Below, piece after piece: positions 6,221-10,003 of a DNA stretch of 10,003 bases. Each line of letters opens with the position of its first letter. The first letter of the stretch is position 1. Origin of the DNA: an uncultured archaeon (GTDB lineage: Archaea > Iainarchaeota > Iainarchaeia > Iainarchaeales > 0-14-0-20-30-16); NCBI GenBank assembly GCA_964595665.1, contig CAZQQS010000018.1, forward strand, positions 1-10,003, read 5' to 3'. The notes below the pieces were generated by a model that did no database searches, was not told where the DNA came from, and saw nothing but the letters and a program-made list of their open reading frames with translations. The position numbers and the translations under genes were made by a program.

Positions 6221-6240
6221 ACAACTAATAAAAATAGAGT

Positions 6241-7569
6241 ATGATTTTTATGAGTTTATTTGGTGAAAGATTACGAAGTATTTTTGATTCTTTAGGAAAT
6301 AGGCATTTTATTACTAACGAGGTAATAGATGAAACAGCTAAGGAAATTCAAAAGGCATTAATTATTGCTGATGTAGAAATCTCTTTAGTTTTTGAATTAT
6401 CTAAAAAGATTAAAGAATTAAAAGGCGAAAAGGCCCCTGATGGTATAGATATAAAAGATTATTTAATTAAAAGAATTCATGATTTATTGGCAAATTTTTT
6501 TGGTTCGGAAGCTGATTTTGATAAATTGCCAAGAAGAATTTTATTGTTGGGGTTGTTTGGTTCGGGTAAAACAACAACTGCAGGTAAGTTAGCAAAATAT
6601 TATAATAAAAAAGGCAAATCTATAGGAATAATTGCTGCCGATACTTTTAGAATGGCTGCATATGAACAATTAAAGCAATATGCTCAAGATTTTGAAGTAT
6701 TTGGAAATGTTTCTAAAGATGCTGGAGAAACAGTTTCTTTAGGTATGAAACATTTTAAAGACAAGGATATTGTTATTGTAGATTCTGCTGGAAGAAGTGC
6801 TTTAGATAATGAATTATCAAAAGAATTAAAAGAAATAAAAGATGCGTTTAATCCAGATATGAGTTTTTTAGTTTTATCTGCTGACATAGGACAAATTGCT
6901 TTAAAGCAAGCAAAAGAGTTTAATGAAATTGTTGGGATAAATGGAATTATTATAACTAAGTTAGATGGTTCTGCTAAAGGTGGTGGAGCATTAGCTGCTT
7001 GTTCTTATTTGAAAGTTCCAGTTTACTTCTCAGGTACGGGAGAAAAAATTTCAGACATATCTCAATTTGATTCTACAAGATATTTAGCACAAATAATGGA
7101 CTATCCAGATTTACAAGGTTTATTAGAAAAAGTTGAAGAAGCTGAAATGCCCGACAACATTGACGAATTTAATTTTATAACTTATAAAAAACAATTAAAT
7201 ATGGCTAATAAATTAGGTGGCATAACTAAAATTGCTAAAATGTTAGGTATGGGAAAAGCTTTGCCAGAAGATGCATCTCAATTAGCAGAAGGTAAATTAA
7301 AAACATTTAATTATATTATTGATTCAATGACTCCTTATGAAAGAACACATCCAGATGTTTTGAATACTCCTAGATTAAATAGAATTGCAAAGGGTTCAGG
7401 AACCAAATTGGAAGACGTTAGATTGTTAATAAAACAATTTAATATGATGAAAGAAACATTTGATAAAATGAAAAACAAAAACCCAGAAGACTTAAATCAA
7501 CAAGACTTGCAAAAAGTTATGCAAAAGGAAATGCAAAAGAAAATGAAACGAAAATTTAAATTTAAGTGA
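6241..7569 (+). CDS. srp54: Signal recognition particle protein SRP54
   Basis: 442 aa. The NG domain has GLFGSGKTTT, AADTFRMAAYEQL, VDSAGR and ITKLDGSAKGGGALA. The M domain has LGMGKALP...IIDSMTPYER..P..L...R..RIAKGSG. The true start may be the ATG at 6250 (MSLFGERLRS...), which aligns better with typical SRP54 N-termini. Confidence 0.95.
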   Translation: MIFMSLFGERLRSIFDSLGNRHFITNEVIDETAKEIQKALIIADVEISLVFELSKKIKELKGEKAPDGIDIKDYLIKRIHDLLANFFGSEADFDKLPRRILLLGLFGSGKTTTAGKLAKYYNKKGKSIGIIAADTFRMAAYEQLKQYAQDFEVFGNVSKDAGETVSLGMKHFKDKDIVIVDSAGRSALDNELSKELKEIKDAFNPDMSFLVLSADIGQIALKQAKEFNEIVGINGIIITKLDGSAKGGGALAACSYLKVPVYFSGTGEKISDISQFDSTRYLAQIMDYPDLQGLLEKVEEAEMPDNIDEFNFITYKKQLNMANKLGGITKIAKMLGMGKALPEDASQLAEGKLKTFNYIIDSMTPYERTHPDVLNTPRLNRIAKGSGTKLEDVRLLIKQFNMMKETFDKMKNKNPEDLNQQDLQKVMQKEMQKKMKRKFKFK

Positions 7570-7573
7570 TTTT

Positions 7574-8380
7574 ATGTTATTAGAAATTAAAATTGCAATA
7601 GTTATTTTGGCTTCATTAATTGCAGCATATACTGATTATAAAACTGGTTACATATATGATTGGTTGAATTGGCCCTTTATTTTGATTGGAGTAATTTTAG
7701 CAATATTTTCACCAAATGTAATTTGGGCATTTGTTCAATTTGGAATAGTATTTGCAATAGGGTATTTAGCATATAAGTTTGGAAAAATAGGTGGAGGAGA
7801 TATTAAATTCTTTGCAGGATTAGTATTGTATTTTCCATTTTTTAATGGTTATCCATTTATTTTAGTTGTTTTGTTGTTGGCATCTTTGTTTGCAACAATA
7901 TTTTATAGTTTTTTTTATTTAATACGATTATTATTAATAAAAAACAAATTGGCAATTAAATCAACATATGTTTCATTAATTTTATCCTTTATTTTAGGAT
8001 TACTATTTTTTATTTTTATTAATTATTATTTAGGGATAATCATTTTTGTTTTTATGTTTGCAGCATTATTTACTATGTTAACTAAAAACGAAATTAACAA
8101 TAAATTTTGGAAAAAGAAAATATCTATAAATAAATTATTAGATGATGATTTAGTTGATATGCAATTATTGAATAAAGAATATGAGAAAACAAAAACTATA
8201 AGTAATATTGATATGTTTCCTTTAGAGCAAAAAACCTTTGATAAATTGAAAAAGATTTTGCCAAAAGATGCAAAACTTTTTGTTTATAGAGATTTGCCTA
8301 TATTTGGGCCATTTATTGCTTTGGGAATTATTTTAGGATTTATTATTTTAAGTTATTTTAATTTGGGTTTGTTGATTTAA
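7574..8380 (+). CDS. A24-family aspartic prepilin/preflagellin (archaellin) signal peptidase
   Basis: 268-aa polytopic membrane protein. The first catalytic Asp lies in AAYTDYKTG (codon 7634-7636) and the second in the GxGD-type motif GGGDIKF (codon 7799-7801). A ~70-aa soluble K/D/E-rich insert precedes the last TM. SD-like AGTGAT at 7565-7570 overlaps the srp54 stop. Confidence 0.85.
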   Translation: MLLEIKIAIVILASLIAAYTDYKTGYIYDWLNWPFILIGVILAIFSPNVIWAFVQFGIVFAIGYLAYKFGKIGGGDIKFFAGLVLYFPFFNGYPFILVVLLLASLFATIFYSFFYLIRLLLIKNKLAIKSTYVSLILSFILGLLFFIFINYYLGIIIFVFMFAALFTMLTKNEINNKFWKKKISINKLLDDDLVDMQLLNKEYEKTKTISNIDMFPLEQKTFDKLKKILPKDAKLFVYRDLPIFGPFIALGIILGFIILSYFNLGLLI

Positions 8381-8781
8381 TTTTTCACTTTATATTCTGA
8401 CCATTTTATTTTTTTTGCTAAAATAGTTTCTTTCAATTTTTTTTCTTGTTTATTTAATTTTGAATTTCCAGATTTAACTTCTAAAAAAATAACTTCTTTA
8501 ATTTCATTATTATCTGCGCCTTTAAATACAATAAAATCTATTGGTTTACCTAAGAATTTGCATTCTGTAGGACTATATGGGAAATCTGGAAAATAAGGTG
8601 CAATTTGTTCAGAGAATTGACCTGTTAAAATAGATCTTGAACGTTTAATTGCATCTTCTCTTTCATATTTTAATATTGAATCTAATTTTTTTTGAAATTT
8701 ATAAATTAATATTAAATAAATGATGATTAATCCTAAACCTAATCCTAAAATTGAAATTAGTACAATTATTAACTCCTGCAT
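8377..8781 (-). CDS. Membrane-anchored endonuclease related to archaeal Holliday junction resolvase (COG4741-like, PD-(D/E)xK)
   Basis: 134 aa. N-terminal TM helix ELIIVLISILGLGLGLIIIYLILIY. The core has SEQ (E58), GKPIDFIVF (D82, codon 8536-8538) and FLEVKSG (E101 at 8479-8481, K103 at 8473-8475), followed by KQEKKLKETI...W.EY. This pattern is typical of the Hjc-related endonuclease family. Confidence 0.72.
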   Translation of the reverse strand: MQELIIVLISILGLGLGLIIIYLILIYKFQKKLDSILKYEREDAIKRSRSILTGQFSEQIAPYFPDFPYSPTECKFLGKPIDFIVFKGADNNEIKEVIFLEVKSGNSKLNKQEKKLKETILAKKIKWSEYKVKN

Positions 8782-8829
8782 AATTAATTATAAAGGCAAA
8801 GGTATTTATTTTAATCTTATTAGATAACA

Positions 8830-8837
8830 TTTATAAA
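8830..8837 (+). promoter_or_regulatory. TATA box candidate for a leaderless P-type ATPase transcript
   Basis: TTTATAAA is centred ~25-26 nt upstream of ATG 8859, and no SD-like GGTG motif lies between them. The geometry matches archaeal leaderless mRNAs. Confidence 0.35.
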
Positions 8838-8858
8838 TCTATAATTTATTCATATTAC

Positions 8859-10003
8859 ATGTATAATTATAAAGGCCTAACGAGTTTGGAAGCTAATGCT
8901 CAATTAAAAACATTTGGGTATAACGAAATTAAAGATGTAAACAAAATTTCTGTATTTCAAATTTTATTAAGACAAGTAAAAAGTAATTTTATAATTTATT
9001 TATTATTTTTTGCTATGTTAGCATCTTTTTTTGTAGGTAAAGGCATTACGGGTTATACTATATTGGTAGTTATTTTAATTGTTGTGGGCACAGGATTTGT
9101 ACAAGAATATAAAGCAGAGAAAGCTGTTGAAGCATTAAAAAAAATGGTTATGCCCATATCAATTGTAATAAGAAATGGTAAAGAAACTGAAATAGATTCT
9201 AAAGATGTTGTTCCTGGAGATATTTTAATTTTAAGAACTGGAGAAAAAATTCCAGCAGATTGTTTGATTTTAGAACAAAAAGATTTATTGATAAACGAGG
9301 CAATTTTGACTGGTGAGTCAAAAGAAGTTAAAAAAGAAGTTATACTTAATGAAAATAATTATACAGATATAAATGTTTTATTTGCTGGTTCCTTTATAGT
9401 AAATGGAAAAGCATTAGGAAAAGTTATTCATACAGGTATGAATACTAAATTTGGAAAGATTGCAAGTTTAATTTCATCTACAGAAAAATCTTTACCTTTA
9501 CAAACTAAAGTAAATAAAATTACTAAATATACTGCATTTGTTGGAATGAGTATGGCTTTTATTACTGGTTTAGTAATTTTATTTGGTTCTCCTTTCTCTG
9601 CAGAATTATTAGTTGATGTTTTAATTTTGGTTATAGCAATTTCTGTTTCTGCATTTCCAGAAGGGTTGCCAGTAGTTTTAATTTCTACATTGTCTGTTGG
9701 TTCTTATAGAATGGCTAAAAAAAATGCAATTGTAAATCGAATGTCTATTATTGAAACTTTGGGTGAAACAACTGTAATATGTTCTGATAAAACTGGAACA
9801 ATTACAAAAGGCGAAATGACTGTTAAGAAAATTTATGCGGATGAAAATATTTATGATGTTGAAGGTTCTGGATTTAATGCAAATGGAAATATTTTATTAA
9901 ATAAAAAACAAATTAATTTAGAAAAAGAATATGTTTTAGATAAATTAATTAGAACTGGAATAATTTGTAATGATGCAAATATTCAAAGAACTGGTGAAGA
10001 TAA
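8859..10003 (+). CDS. P2-type cation-transporting P-type ATPase (Ca2+/cation pump-like); N-terminal ~381 aa, 3' end beyond the window
   Basis: Absent from the ORF track because it runs off the right edge. Hand translation from ATG 8859 stays open to the window end. It has a cation-ATPase N-terminal motif (GLTSLEANAQLKTFGYNEI), the actuator TGES (9309-9320), the M4 motif PEGLP (9657-9671) and the phosphorylation site ICSDKTGTIT (DKTGT at 9786-9800). Confidence 0.93.
   Translation, partial: MYNYKGLTSLEANAQLKTFGYNEIKDVNKISVFQILLRQVKSNFIIYLLFFAMLASFFVGKGITGYTILVVILIVVGTGFVQEYKAEKAVEALKKMVMPISIVIRNGKETEIDSKDVVPGDILILRTGEKIPADCLILEQKDLLINEAILTGESKEVKKEVILNENNYTDINVLFAGSFIVNGKALGKVIHTGMNTKFGKIASLISSTEKSLPLQTKVNKITKYTAFVGMSMAFITGLVILFGSPFSAELLVDVLILVIAISVSAFPEGLPVVLISTLSVGSYRMAKKNAIVNRMSIIETLGETTVICSDKTGTITKGEMTVKKIYADENIYDVEGSGFNANGNILLNKKQINLEKEYVLDKLIRTGIICNDANIQRTGED

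Noticed and set aside
6137-6223. H/ACA guide RNA, because ACA (6221-6223) directly follows a 9-bp lower stem
   Set aside because: No K-turn or K-loop (tandem GA) occurs in either upper hairpin. The distance from the upper-stem base to the ACA is ~41 nt via hairpin A or 11 nt via hairpin B, which violates the 14-16-nt rule. There are two internal hairpins instead of one pocket.
6058-6240. SRP (7S) RNA next to srp54
   Set aside because: The location is tempting, and strings such as GGTCGAAA and GGTGTCAAAAG vaguely recall helix-8 sequences. But the gap is far shorter than the ~300-nt archaeal SRP RNA, both hairpin loops (TACT, TTAT) are not GNRA/GNAR, and there is no AGCA symmetric-loop motif or internal-loop architecture. 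The resemblance is probably chance; a cmsearch with the archaeal SRP model would settle it.
8786-8876. 12-nt exact direct repeat AATTATAAAGGC at 8786-8797 and 8865-8876, flanking the divergent promoter region
   Set aside because: A rough estimate from the A/T-skewed composition suggests about one such nearby 12-mer match by chance in a window this size. The second copy lies inside the ATPase coding frame (codons 3-6). I treat it as coincidence.
1-10003. CRISPR arrays, IS elements or integrases, rRNA/tRNA genes, prophage or obvious defence-island signatures
   Set aside because: No regularly spaced repeats, terminal inverted repeats, transposase/integrase-like frames or canonical RNA-gene motifs were seen on either strand. 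Apart from the two nucleases, the window is core housekeeping.

Overview
Very AT-rich, tightly packed archaeal chromosomal segment. The lineage call rests on archaea/eukaryote-only genes (S19e, L39e, L31e, aIF5A, aIF6, prefoldin alpha). The divergent sequences, lysine/glutamate-rich protein extensions and overlapping genes suggest a small-genome DPANN-type archaeon, but that is inference only. The core is the conserved archaeal translation/chaperone/targeting cluster rps19e - PDCD5-like DNA-binding protein - rpl39e - rpl31e - eif6 - pfdA - ftsY (1549-5260, + strand), with aIF5A divergent upstream. Downstream lie srp54 and a translationally coupled A24 prepilin/preflagellin peptidase. Two PD-(D/E)xK nuclease genes sit antisense and overlap the 3' ends of ftsY and the peptidase by 4 nt each: an ATP-cone/Mrr-like/HhH-like fusion, and a membrane-anchored Hjc-like endonuclease. 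Two edge-truncated genes are missing from the ORF track and were found by hand translation: an exported alpha/beta hydrolase (1-909, minus) and a P2-type P-type ATPase (8859-10003, plus). The most unusual non-coding feature is a G+C-enriched 84-nt three-helix fold (6137-6220) between a bidirectional TATA-like element and srp54. It matches no RNA class I can recognise. I saw no rRNA, tRNA, CRISPR array, transposase/integrase or long repeat. All protein calls come from motif recognition by eye; no database search was run.
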